Source of the DNA: Candidatus Multivorans sp.
GTDB lineage: Bacteria > Acidobacteriota > Thermoanaerobaculia > Multivoradales > Multivoraceae
DNA length: 64,000 bases
Direction of reading: 5' to 3'
NCBI GenBank assembly: GCA_965247095.1
Contig: OZ251997.1
Coordinates: forward strand, 1,696,001-1,760,000
Of this stretch, positions 1 to 8,363 are shown piece after piece. The translations under genes and the position numbers were made by a program. Within the stretch, counting starts at the first letter, position 1. Every line of letters begins with the position of its first letter. Under the pieces are notes generated by a model. The model saw nothing but the letters and a program-made list of their open reading frames with translations, was not told the origin of the DNA and searched no databases.

Positions 1-263
1 GCCTGCTCTCCTCCGTCAACGAAGGAGCGAAGATCCTCGAAGAAGGCATCGCCGTCCGCGCCAGCGACATCGACGTGATCTGGATCAACGGCTACGGCTG
101 GCCCGTCTACCGAGGCGGCCCCATGTTCTGGGCCGACGAGTTCGGCCTCGGCAACATCGTCGACATCCTCGACGACTACGCCTCCCGCTTCGACCCCGAA
201 GAGTGGCAGGCCGCGCCGCTCCTGCGCGACACCGCCGCGGCGGGCGGCCGCCTGAGCGGCTAG
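1..263 (+). CDS. 3' end of 3-hydroxyacyl-CoA dehydrogenase (fatty-acid oxidation multifunctional enzyme), truncated by window edge
   Basis: Frame 3 reads [45 protein letters not shown], the typical 3HCDH C-terminal motif; stop TAG at 261-263. Confidence 0.9.
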   Translation, partial: LLSSVNEGAKILEEGIAVRASDIDVIWINGYGWPVYRGGPMFWADEFGLGNIVDILDDYASRFDPEEWQAAPLLRDTAAAGGRLSG

Positions 264-290
264 CCCGCGTCGGGCTCACCCGCCTGCTCC

Positions 291-452
291 GGGCCACAGG
301 GAGGAGGGGTCCCAGCGGCCGTGAGCGCTTTCTCGGATAGGGGGAAGTTGGCGCTCACTTCACTCCACTCGCTCCGGTTGGTCGTCGGTTCATGTAGGGG
401 CGGAGGGCGTCGCTCGCTTCGAGCCCGCTGGGACCCCTCCTCCCTGTGGCCC
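291..452. repeat. Long inverted-repeat element (MITE/REP-like or structured RNA)
   Basis: Perfect 28-bp inverted arms 291-318 (gggccacagggaggaggggtcccagcgg) and 425-452; inner hairpin gtgagcgc (321-328)/gcgctcac (351-358). Confidence 0.75.
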
Positions 453-601
453 TGCGCAGGCTGGACGGTGTCGGCGTGGCGTTCACCGCACCGGACAGTC
501 GGTGCGCCGAGCTTCCAGAGGCGGGGACCGGGGCGGAAGCCGAGCCGGCGAAGCGGTTTGCGCACTGACCGGCATCCCTTGGCCGCTGCTACTGTTCTCC
601 G

Positions 602-2608
602 ATGCTCAAGAGGATGCGTTATCGGGGTCTGCAGTTCCTGCGTATCGGGCTGACAATGACCTTCGTGGCTGTGCCCGCGACTTCGGCGCAGCAGCCCACG
701 GACACCGACTGGGCGGTCACAACCGGCAACAACGCGAGCCAGCGGTACGCCGCGCTCGAGCAGATCGATCACGAGAACTTCGCCGAGCTCGAGGTCGCCT
801 GGCGATGGTCGTCGCCGGACAATGAGTTGATGACCGGAGATGGCGGGCAGGGCGGGCGGCCGACGACGCCGCGGAACCATGAAGCGATCCCGATCAAGGT
901 CGGCGCCCGGCTCTATGTGACGACCGGCTACGGCCAGATCGCGGCGGTCGACGTGGAGCAGGGCACGAGCCTGTGGACCTACGATCCGCAGGCCTACCTC
1001 CAGGGCCGTCCGGCGAACCTCGGCTTCGTCCACCGCGGAGCGACCTACTGGGACGACCCCGACCTTCCAGGTGACGGGGGCCGCCTGCTTTGGGCCGGGG
1101 GCGACTCGTTCCTGCGCGCGGTGGACACCCTGAGCGGCGAACCGATCGAGTCCTTCGGCGACGGCGGCGGTGTCGACCTCACCCTGGGCTTGCGCCGCGA
1201 GGTGGCGCGCAGGGTCTACAGCGTCAGTTCGCCGGTCACCCTGTGCCGCGATGTCGTCATCGGCGGCTCGTCCGTCTCGGACGGTCCTCGCGCGCCCGAG
1301 GCGCCGCCGGGCGACGTGCGCGGATTCGATGTCCGCACCGGCGAGCAACTCTGGACCTTCCACTCGATCCCGCGGGAGGGCGAACCCGGCCGTGATACCT
1401 GGAAGAAGGGTTCGTGGAAGGTCAGCGGCAACACGAACGTGTGGACGCTGATGAGCGCCGACCCGGAGCTCGGCCTCGCCTATCTGCCGTTCGGCACGCC
1501 GACCAACGACTGGTACGGCGGACACCGCCTCGGCGACAACCTCTACGCCGAATCGCTGGTCGCGGTCGACTGCGAGACCGGGGAGCGGCGCTGGCACTTC
1601 CAGATGGTCCACCACGGCCTGTGGGACTACGACCTGCCGACCCCCGCCATCCTCGGCGACATCGAGGTCGAAGGCACGACGATCCGCGCCGCGATGCAGC
1701 TCTCCAAGCAGGGCTTCCTCTACGTGTTCGACGCCCGTAGCGGTGAGCCCGTGTGGCCGATCCTGGAGCGCGAAGTGCCCCAGACGGGCATCGTCGGCGA
1801 GCGCACTTCGCCGACCCAGCCCTTCCCCACCAAGCCGCCGGCCTTCGACCGCCAGGGCATCGGTCCGGACGATCTGATCGACTTCACGCCGCAGCTCCGC
1901 AGCGAGGCGCGGGCCATCCTCTCCCGGTACCAGTACGGCCCGATATTCACGCCGCCTACGGAACGCGGCACGTTCCTGATGCCCGGCTACGGCGGCGGCG
2001 CGAGCTGGCCTGGAGGCGCTTTCGACCCGGAGACCGGCATGCTCTACGTGCCGTCCTTCACCTGGCCCGTGGTCAATACGCTCCGTGAGCCGGACGCGAG
2101 CCGCTCATCCTTCGACTATGTCGGCCGCATCAACAGCGATGTCCGGGGCCCACGCGACCTGCCCCTGGTCAAGCCGCCCTACTCCAGGGTCACGGCCTAC
2201 GACATGAGCCGCGGCGAGATCGCATGGACCGTGCCCCTGGGCTACGGGCCGCGCCGCCATCCGGCGCTCGCCGGCCTCGACCTGCCTGCCCTGGGCGCCG
2301 GCGCCCGTGGCCACATCCTGGCGACCAAGAGTCTGCTGCTCGTGAACTCCGGCCGCTCGCTGGCCTTTCGCGCGATCGACCAGGAAGCGGTCGCGGAAGG
2401 CGCCACCCGCGAGGACTGGCGGGTGGAAACCCCGGCGCTGCGCGCGTTCGACAAGGCGACCGGCGAACTCGTCGGCGAGATCGAGCTGCCCGCGCACACC
2501 GACGGCAGTCCCATCACCTTCCTCCATCGCGGCCGGCAGTACCTGGTGTTCGCGCTCGGCGGACGCGGCGCGACGTTCGAGCTGATCGCCTACCGGCTGC
2601 CGGCCTGA
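602..2608 (+). CDS. PQQ-dependent dehydrogenase (glucose/quinate dehydrogenase-like beta-propeller), secreted
   Basis: Signal peptide, Trp-docking repeats, HRGATYW, GDVRGFDVRTG, HHGLWDYDLP, KPPYSRVTAYD motifs. Confidence 0.9.
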   Translation: MLKRMRYRGLQFLRIGLTMTFVAVPATSAQQPTDTDWAVTTGNNASQRYAALEQIDHENFAELEVAWRWSSPDNELMTGDGGQGGRPTTPRNHEAIPIKVGARLYVTTGYGQIAAVDVEQGTSLWTYDPQAYLQGRPANLGFVHRGATYWDDPDLPGDGGRLLWAGGDSFLRAVDTLSGEPIESFGDGGGVDLTLGLRREVARRVYSVSSPVTLCRDVVIGGSSVSDGPRAPEAPPGDVRGFDVRTGEQLWTFHSIPREGEPGRDTWKKGSWKVSGNTNVWTLMSADPELGLAYLPFGTPTNDWYGGHRLGDNLYAESLVAVDCETGERRWHFQMVHHGLWDYDLPTPAILGDIEVEGTTIRAAMQLSKQGFLYVFDARSGEPVWPILEREVPQTGIVGERTSPTQPFPTKPPAFDRQGIGPDDLIDFTPQLRSEARAILSRYQYGPIFTPPTERGTFLMPGYGGGASWPGGAFDPETGMLYVPSFTWPVVNTLREPDASRSSFDYVGRINSDVRGPRDLPLVKPPYSRVTAYDMSRGEIAWTVPLGYGPRRHPALAGLDLPALGAGARGHILATKSLLLVNSGRSLAFRAIDQEAVAEGATREDWRVETPALRAFDKATGELVGEIELPAHTDGSPITFLHRGRQYLVFALGGRGATFELIAYRLPA

Positions 2609-2687
2609 CCCGCGCAGGCGACTTGGCGGCGCCTCCGGGCAGACCGCATCGCGGACACAGAAGAAACGAAGCAAGAGGAGCAGCAAG

Positions 2688-4613
2688 ATGAGAACCGACA
2701 AGCACCTCCACCGGTCCGCCCTGGGCCTGGTCATGGCCGCAGTCCTCGTCTCCGGCGCCGGGTGCGCGCCGGGCGGCGATCCGTCCTCGACGGACGGCGA
2801 GACGACGAGCGGTTTCGGCGCCTACGCTCGCGAAGCGACCTACGACGGCGCCAACCGCTACTCCGTCTACGTCCCGATGCCCGACGGCGTCCGCGTCTCG
2901 GTCGACTACTTCATCCCCACGGCCGGCGGTGCGGAGGCTTCGGAACCGCTGCCGACCATCCTCCACTACACGCGCTACACCCGCGCCTTCCTGATCGAGG
3001 ACGAGAACGGGGAGCCCCAGCTCTCCGCCACGGGCGAGCGGGATCCAGTCCTCCAGCACATGCTGCACCGCGGCTACACGGTCGTCGTGGCCGACGCCCG
3101 CGGCACCGGCGCCTCCTTCGGCGTCCACAACGGCGCTTTCTCCATCGAGGAGACCGCGGACTCGTTCCACATCATCGAGTGGATCGCGGCGCAGCCCTGG
3201 TCGGACGGCAACGTCGGCATGCACGGGCGCTCCTATCCCGGCATGACCCAATACCAGGCAGCGACCCAGGCGCCGCCGGCGCTCAAGGCGATCTTCGCCG
3301 AGATGGCCGGGCCGACCCCCTACGACTTCGTGTTCCGCGGCGGCACCTACAAGAACGAGTTCATCGACACCTGGGGCTCGGGCACCAGGCAGGCCGATCT
3401 CTCGACGGCGCCCGCCCCGGTCGACGACGACGCCTCTGGCGCCATGCGCGACGCGGCAGTGGCCGAGCACGCCGCCAACATCTGGGCGCAGGACCTGGTC
3501 GGCACCGACGCCGCGGCGCTCCGCGACTGGGCCTACGAGGCGGAGAACGCGCGTGCGGACTGGGACACCACCGGCACGATCGACGATCTGGAAGCGATCG
3601 ACGCCTCGGGGATCGCGGTCTACCACCTGGTCGGCTGGTACGACATCTACACCTCGCAACAGCCGATGCTCTACGCCAGCCTCGATTCGGCGCCGCAGAA
3701 GATGATGATCGGCCCCTGGGTCCATAGCGGCGGCTACGGCGGCGACGTGCACAAGGCCGAGTTCCTGCGCTGGTACGACCACTGGCTCAAGGGGATCGAG
3801 AACGGGGTCATGGACGAACCGCCGGTCCACTACTACGTCGTGGAGGGCAACCACACCCTGCCGGAGGACCCCGAAGTCACCGCGAGTCTGGACGAGGAAC
3901 GCTCCGAGGAAGGTTCGACCTGGATCGGCACGGATGTCTGGCCGCCGGCCGGGCTGACCGCCCAGCGCTTCGAACTCGCCGCCGGCGGCCTGCTGGGCGA
4001 CTCCGCCGGCAACTCCGGCCAGGACGAGTACACCGTCGACTACACGTCGGCCATGGGCTCTTTCTCCCGCTGGATGAACGGCCACGGTTCCCGACGTCAG
4101 GACCTCCGTGGTACGACCTTCTTCGACGAGCGATCGGCCGAGAACGAGAAGGCGCTCACGTACACCACCGAACCGATGGCGGAGTCGATGACGATCGTCG
4201 GCTATCCGGTGCTCCACCTCACCGTCACCTCCACCCACGACGACGGCGACGTCTTCGTGTACCTGGAGGAGATCGACGCGGACGGCCGCTCGCACTACGT
4301 CACCGAAGGCGCCCTGCGCGCGTCCTACCGCGCCGTCGGCGAGGCCCCCTGGGAGGACTTCGGCCTCCCCTTTCACCGCGGCAACGCGGAAGACCTCGAG
4401 CCGCTGTCCGGCGGGCCCGCCGAACTCCTGATCGACCTGATGGGGACGGCCATCACGATCGACGAAGGCCACCGGCTGCGCCTGACCATCGCCGGCGCCG
4501 ATGCCGCGAACCACGCGCTGTATCCGGACCCCGAAGGCGCCGACGCGCCGACGATCTCGGTCCACCGGGGCGGCGAGAGTGGCTCGTGGCTCGAGGTGCC
4601 GGTGGCGCCTTAG
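2688..4613 (+). CDS. CocE/NonD family serine hydrolase, probable lipoprotein
   Basis: DARGTGASFG, WSDGNVGMHGRSYPG nucleophile elbow, IGPWVH, PepX-like C-terminal domain; lipobox-like GAGC; RBS gaggag. Confidence 0.9.
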   Translation: MRTDKHLHRSALGLVMAAVLVSGAGCAPGGDPSSTDGETTSGFGAYAREATYDGANRYSVYVPMPDGVRVSVDYFIPTAGGAEASEPLPTILHYTRYTRAFLIEDENGEPQLSATGERDPVLQHMLHRGYTVVVADARGTGASFGVHNGAFSIEETADSFHIIEWIAAQPWSDGNVGMHGRSYPGMTQYQAATQAPPALKAIFAEMAGPTPYDFVFRGGTYKNEFIDTWGSGTRQADLSTAPAPVDDDASGAMRDAAVAEHAANIWAQDLVGTDAAALRDWAYEAENARADWDTTGTIDDLEAIDASGIAVYHLVGWYDIYTSQQPMLYASLDSAPQKMMIGPWVHSGGYGGDVHKAEFLRWYDHWLKGIENGVMDEPPVHYYVVEGNHTLPEDPEVTASLDEERSEEGSTWIGTDVWPPAGLTAQRFELAAGGLLGDSAGNSGQDEYTVDYTSAMGSFSRWMNGHGSRRQDLRGTTFFDERSAENEKALTYTTEPMAESMTIVGYPVLHLTVTSTHDDGDVFVYLEEIDADGRSHYVTEGALRASYRAVGEAPWEDFGLPFHRGNAEDLEPLSGGPAELLIDLMGTAITIDEGHRLRLTIAGADAANHALYPDPEGADAPTISVHRGGESGSWLEVPVAP

Positions 4614-4706
4614 ACTCCTGAGCCAACCTCATCAGCTTTCGCGGGCTGAAACAGCCCCCCTTCTGGGGTGCCAACTCCTGTTTTGAGGCGCAAAACGGAA
4701 TCTTGA

Positions 4707-4735
4707 TGGACAGAATGCAGGATCGCGGCTACGCT
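4707..4735 (+). promoter_or_regulatory. Putative sigma70 promoter giving a (near-)leaderless transcript
   Basis: TGGACA(4707-4712)-17 bp-TACGCT(4730-4735), 8 nt before ATG 4744, no SD. Confidence 0.45.
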
Positions 4736-4743
4736 CTCTGCCG

Positions 4744-5913
4744 ATGTTCGACCGCTTCTACCGCCCCCCATCGGCGTCGAGCTACTTCCTCTTCGGCCCC
4801 CGCGGCACCGGCAAGTCGACCTGGTTGCAGCAGCACTATCCAGAGGCCCTCTTCGTCGATCTGATCGACCCGGAGGAGGAGCGGTACTACGGAGCGGCTC
4901 CTGAACGCCTGCGGGACACGGTAGCTGCGAACCCGGCGAGACGGCCGGTCGTCATCGACGAGGTCCAACGGGTACCGCAGCTTCTCCAGGTCGTGCACCA
5001 ACTGATCGAGCGCGACAAGACCCTTCGCTTCGTGCTCACCGGCTCCAGTGCCCGAAAACTCCGGCGTACGGGTGTGGATCTGCTGGCGGGTCGTGCCCTC
5101 CTCACCACGATGCACCCCTTCATGGCGGCTGAGCTCGGCACTGCCTTCAGCCTTGGCAGGGCTCTGGAGCTGGGCCTGATTCCACTGGTCGTGGACGCGC
5201 CCGAGCCCGAAGCGGCTCTCCGCACCTACGCGGGCATCTACGTCCGCGAGGAAGTGCAGGCCGAAGGTCTGCTGAGAAACGTCGGTGCATTCGCCCGCTT
5301 CCTCGAGGCCGCGAGCTTCAGCCACGCATCGGTCCTGAACGTCTCCAACCTGGCCCGCGAATGCCAGGTCGAACGGAAGGTCACGACGAGCTACCTGTCC
5401 GTGCTGGAGGACCTCCTCCTTGCGTTCACGCTTCCGGTCTTCAGACGACGGGCTCGGAGGCGGTTGACGGTTCACCCGAAGCTCTACTTCGTTGATGCCG
5501 GCGTGTTCCGTTCGCTCCGCCCAAAGGGGCCGTTCGACCGCGCCGACGAACTGGCTGGACCGGCGCTTGAAGGTCTCGTGGCGCAGCATCTTCGAGCATG
5601 GATCGCCTACTCAGGACGCGACGACGCCCTGTTCTTTTGGCGCACCAGATCCGGCAGCGAAGTCGACTTCGTCCTCTACGGCGAAAGCGGGCTGTTCGCG
5701 ATCGAGGTCAAGAACCGCAGCACAATCCATCCCCGCGACTTCAGGGGACTCAAAGCCTTCGTCGAGGACTATCCGGAAGCGACCCCCGTCCTCCTGTACG
5801 GCGGACCGCGGACGCTCCGGCGCGGCGTTCTTTGCTTGCCTTGCGAGGGATTCCTGCGGCGCTTGGCGCCGGAGCTGTCCCTGGAAGCAGCGCTACAAAC
5901 AACTTCCGTTTGA
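4744..5913 (+). CDS. AAA+ ATPase with DUF4143 domain (AAA_14 + PD-(D/E)XK-like C-terminus)
   Basis: GPRGTGKST Walker A, VIDEVQ Walker B, LTGSS, PKLYFVDAG, EVDFVL..AIEVK. Confidence 0.9.
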   Translation: MFDRFYRPPSASSYFLFGPRGTGKSTWLQQHYPEALFVDLIDPEEERYYGAAPERLRDTVAANPARRPVVIDEVQRVPQLLQVVHQLIERDKTLRFVLTGSSARKLRRTGVDLLAGRALLTTMHPFMAAELGTAFSLGRALELGLIPLVVDAPEPEAALRTYAGIYVREEVQAEGLLRNVGAFARFLEAASFSHASVLNVSNLARECQVERKVTTSYLSVLEDLLLAFTLPVFRRRARRRLTVHPKLYFVDAGVFRSLRPKGPFDRADELAGPALEGLVAQHLRAWIAYSGRDDALFFWRTRSGSEVDFVLYGESGLFAIEVKNRSTIHPRDFRGLKAFVEDYPEATPVLLYGGPRTLRRGVLCLPCEGFLRRLAPELSLEAALQTTSV

Positions 5914-5939
5914 CTCGTTCTCCGATCGGCCCCGGCCGT

Positions 5940-6422
5940 TCACGGGAACAGACGCCGGTCCCACCAGACGCGCGTCTCCAGCCCGACCTCGACCGGCAGG
6001 CCCTCGTAGTCGGGATGGCGCGTGTTGATGACCACGTTGTTCTCCGTGCGCGCCACGACGGAGGGCACGAGGAGGATCACGCTCCGGCGTTCCAGGTACC
6101 AGTCCCGGCCGAAGCGTTGCGACGCTGCGCGGTTCGGCCGATGCCAGCCGGGCAGGACGTCGGCCGCGACGACCTCGTAGCTGGTTCCCGCGGGCATGAC
6201 GATTTCCACGAAGTGCTGGTTCGGGGGGACGCGCCCGGGCCAGCCGACCAGCATCTCCAGCATGGCCGTCGAGTAGTTCCGCGAGGCGTAGATCACCTCG
6301 GCGCCGGCCTCGTGCCACCTGCCGGAAGCGCGTCCGGCGCCTTCCGCGCTCCACACCGGGAACCTCCCGTCGGCGTCGCCGATGCGATACGCCCGCATCG
6401 GCGACGCAAGCCGCCGCACCAT
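5940..6422 (-). CDS. RES domain toxin (NAD+-targeting, RES-Xre family)
   Basis: GRW..G..VIYAS....A.LE, LLVPS and NVVINTRHPD motifs (R-E-S); overlaps the antitoxin stop. Confidence 0.88.
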   Translation of the reverse strand: MVRRLASPMRAYRIGDADGRFPVWSAEGAGRASGRWHEAGAEVIYASRNYSTAMLEMLVGWPGRVPPNQHFVEIVMPAGTSYEVVAADVLPGWHRPNRAASQRFGRDWYLERRSVILLVPSVVARTENNVVINTRHPDYEGLPVEVGLETRVWWDRRLFP

Positions 6423-6907
6423 CAGACGGGAAAGCCGGCCTCGGCCTGATGAATCACATCGAGCACCGCCCGCGCGCCGGCGGAACTCGAGCAGGCGACA
6501 TCGAGCGGCCTCTCGCCATCCAGCAGAGCATGCCGCGACGTCAGGTAGGCCTCGATTCCCTCCCGGTCCCCGTGGTACACCCGGCTCAGCGCATTGACGA
6601 CGCGGCTGAGCTCGTAGAGCCGCTCGCTCATCTCCCTCGACAGGGGCTTGCCTGCGTTGCGGGCACGCCGCAGCGTGGCCTCGGGGATCACCGGTCCTAC
6701 GATGTTCCTGGCGCCCAGAATCTCCGTCAGCACAGACACCGCGTCCGTGGGCAGGCCGCGGCCAACCCGGCGCGCGAGTTCCAGGTTGCTCAGGACTTCG
6801 GCATCCTCGATCCCGAGGAGCGTTCCCAGACAGGCAGCCTCGGTTACCGGCAGGTCGGCCGAGTTGGCGTAGGTCTCAAGTACGGCGGAGGCATCGGCTT
6901 TCGTCAT
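6422..6907 (-). CDS. Xre/MbcA/ParS-type antitoxin (DUF2384)
   Basis: ATLRRAR..KPLSREMSERL, LDGERPLDVA..SAGARAVLDVI..AEAG; directly upstream of RES toxin. Confidence 0.88.
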   Translation of the reverse strand: MTKADASAVLETYANSADLPVTEAACLGTLLGIEDAEVLSNLELARRVGRGLPTDAVSVLTEILGARNIVGPVIPEATLRRARNAGKPLSREMSERLYELSRVVNALSRVYHGDREGIEAYLTSRHALLDGERPLDVACSSSAGARAVLDVIHQAEAGFPV

Positions 6908-6943
6908 TTGACGACGATACGGCAGTCATTTGACGGACGTCAA
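6902..6943 (-). promoter_or_regulatory. Promoter and palindromic operators of the xre-res operon
   Basis: Minus strand TTGACG-18-TATCGT-6 nt-ATG; gtcatttgacg repeated at 6903-6913 and 6925-6935. Confidence 0.6.
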
Positions 6944-7048
6944 GGGCTGGTCCTTCCCCGCGCGCCGCGACGGACTACGCGCCAGCGATCTCCCGCGACC
7001 GGACCTTGCGGCTAGCGCGGCAGAACTGCCGGAGGCCGGCGCTTCGCG

Positions 7049-7080
7049 CCGGATGCGGGCAGGATGCCCGCGTTCCCAGG
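7049..7080. repeat. REP-like palindromic repeat, copy 1
   Basis: ccggatGCGGGCAggaTGCCCGCgttcccagg; near-identical to 43746-43777. Confidence 0.7.
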
Positions 7081-7089
7081 TCAGATCGT

Positions 7090-7872
7090 TCAACCGCGCA
7101 AGCTCCTAGCGGTGGGGTCCGCTCCAGCCAGCACCAGGGTCCACATGCGACGGATTTCGGCACCGTTCAAACCGTCGGCATCGCACGTGATCGCGTACCA
7201 GCCAACGAGGGTTGCCGTTGCGCCCGCATCGCGGCCGAGAGTCGCCCGGAGCAGCAACTCACCGCGGCGATCGGTTCCCTCGGCGCTGTCGCGCCGCTCC
7301 AGCTCGACATCCGAGAACCCGAGCACGCGCCGGTGGACCGGAAACAGGGCCTTGTACGCGCTCTCCTTGGCCGAGAACGCCAGCGTGAACATCTCCGCCT
7401 CGGTCAAGCCGCCGAACTTCCCGTGACGGAGCTCCATCTCCCCGTCGGTGAGCACGCGCCCGCCGAGACGCGTAGCCTGCTGCGGAGAAACGACACGCTC
7501 CACGTCGACGCCGAGACCCCGGTAGCGGCTCGCGGCGGCGACAGCGGCGAAGCCGTAGCCGGCGCCGTGCGAGATCGAACCGACTACACCCTCCGGCCAC
7601 AAGGGGACATCGTCGTCGTCCGCTTCGAGGTTGCCGTTCGAAGCAGCGGCGCCGAGGAGGTCCACCAAGGCAAGCCGGGCGCTGATGCGACCCGCCAGAT
7701 ACTCCTGCCGGCGCTTGTCGATGGCGCCTTCGAGGGCGCCCGGCAACTCGATCGCCGCGCCCCGGGCCGTGTCCATCAGATTCTCCAACCGGCCGATCCT
7801 GTGCGCCGCCGCGCTGATGTCAGGAGGAAGGTGGCGAACCAGGCTTGCAGGGATTCCCGCGGCCGCGCTCAC
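7090..7872 (-). CDS. 4'-phosphopantetheinyl transferase (EntD/Sfp type)
   Basis: KRRQEYLAGR, PLWPEGVVGSISH, LGVDVE, FSAKESAYKA; GTG start overlaps the upstream TGA. Confidence 0.88.
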   Translation of the reverse strand: MSAAAGIPASLVRHLPPDISAAAHRIGRLENLMDTARGAAIELPGALEGAIDKRRQEYLAGRISARLALVDLLGAAASNGNLEADDDDVPLWPEGVVGSISHGAGYGFAAVAAASRYRGLGVDVERVVSPQQATRLGGRVLTDGEMELRHGKFGGLTEAEMFTLAFSAKESAYKALFPVHRRVLGFSDVELERRDSAEGTDRRGELLLRATLGRDAGATATLVGWYAITCDADGLNGAEIRRMWTLVLAGADPTARSLRG

Positions 7873-8357
7873 GCCAGGAAGTAGCGCCGTTGCTCCGGCG
7901 TCGGCACGGGGCACTCGGCCAACCGCGGCCCGACCCGATGGCGGTTCCGCGCCACCAACCGGTAGCCCCAATCCAGAACCAGCCGGGGCGCCATCCACGG
8001 GAGTAACGCGAGCCAGCGCTCCGGTCCCCGCAACTGGGACGCCAGCCAGATCACCGCCTCGCTGCGCACCCGGATCTCGCCCAGCGGATACCCGGTTGAA
8101 GAAGCGGCGTCGGCCGCGCCGGCGGCCGCCGTGCCGGACGCGGAGGGCAAGCTCTGGATCACCATGCTGTCGAGGCCGGCGAGGTCAGGCCGTATCTCGG
8201 TCAGGCGCTCGAACAACTCACCGTCCTGCGGCGCGAAGCGGACCCCCGACGGCACGCCCCGAGCCAGACACCGCGCAACCGACCAGTTGCAAAGAGCGCA
8301 GTCACCGTCGTAGTAGACGATGACCCTGGCTGGCCAAGGCTCGCGACGCTTGTCCAT
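7869..8357 (-). CDS. DCC1-like thiol-disulfide oxidoreductase (DUF393)
   Basis: YDGDCALC motif, LDWGYRLVARNR, C..PTPEQR.YFL. Confidence 0.85.
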   Translation of the reverse strand: MDKRREPWPARVIVYYDGDCALCNWSVARCLARGVPSGVRFAPQDGELFERLTEIRPDLAGLDSMVIQSLPSASGTAAAGAADAASSTGYPLGEIRVRSEAVIWLASQLRGPERWLALLPWMAPRLVLDWGYRLVARNRHRVGPRLAECPVPTPEQRRYFLA

Positions 8358-8363
8358 GGCCCT

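Noticed and set aside
602-2608. Lanthanide dependence of the first PQQ enzyme (WDYD)
   Set aside because: WDYD is normal in the glucose/quinate dehydrogenase branch, which lacks the vicinal CC; not diagnostic here
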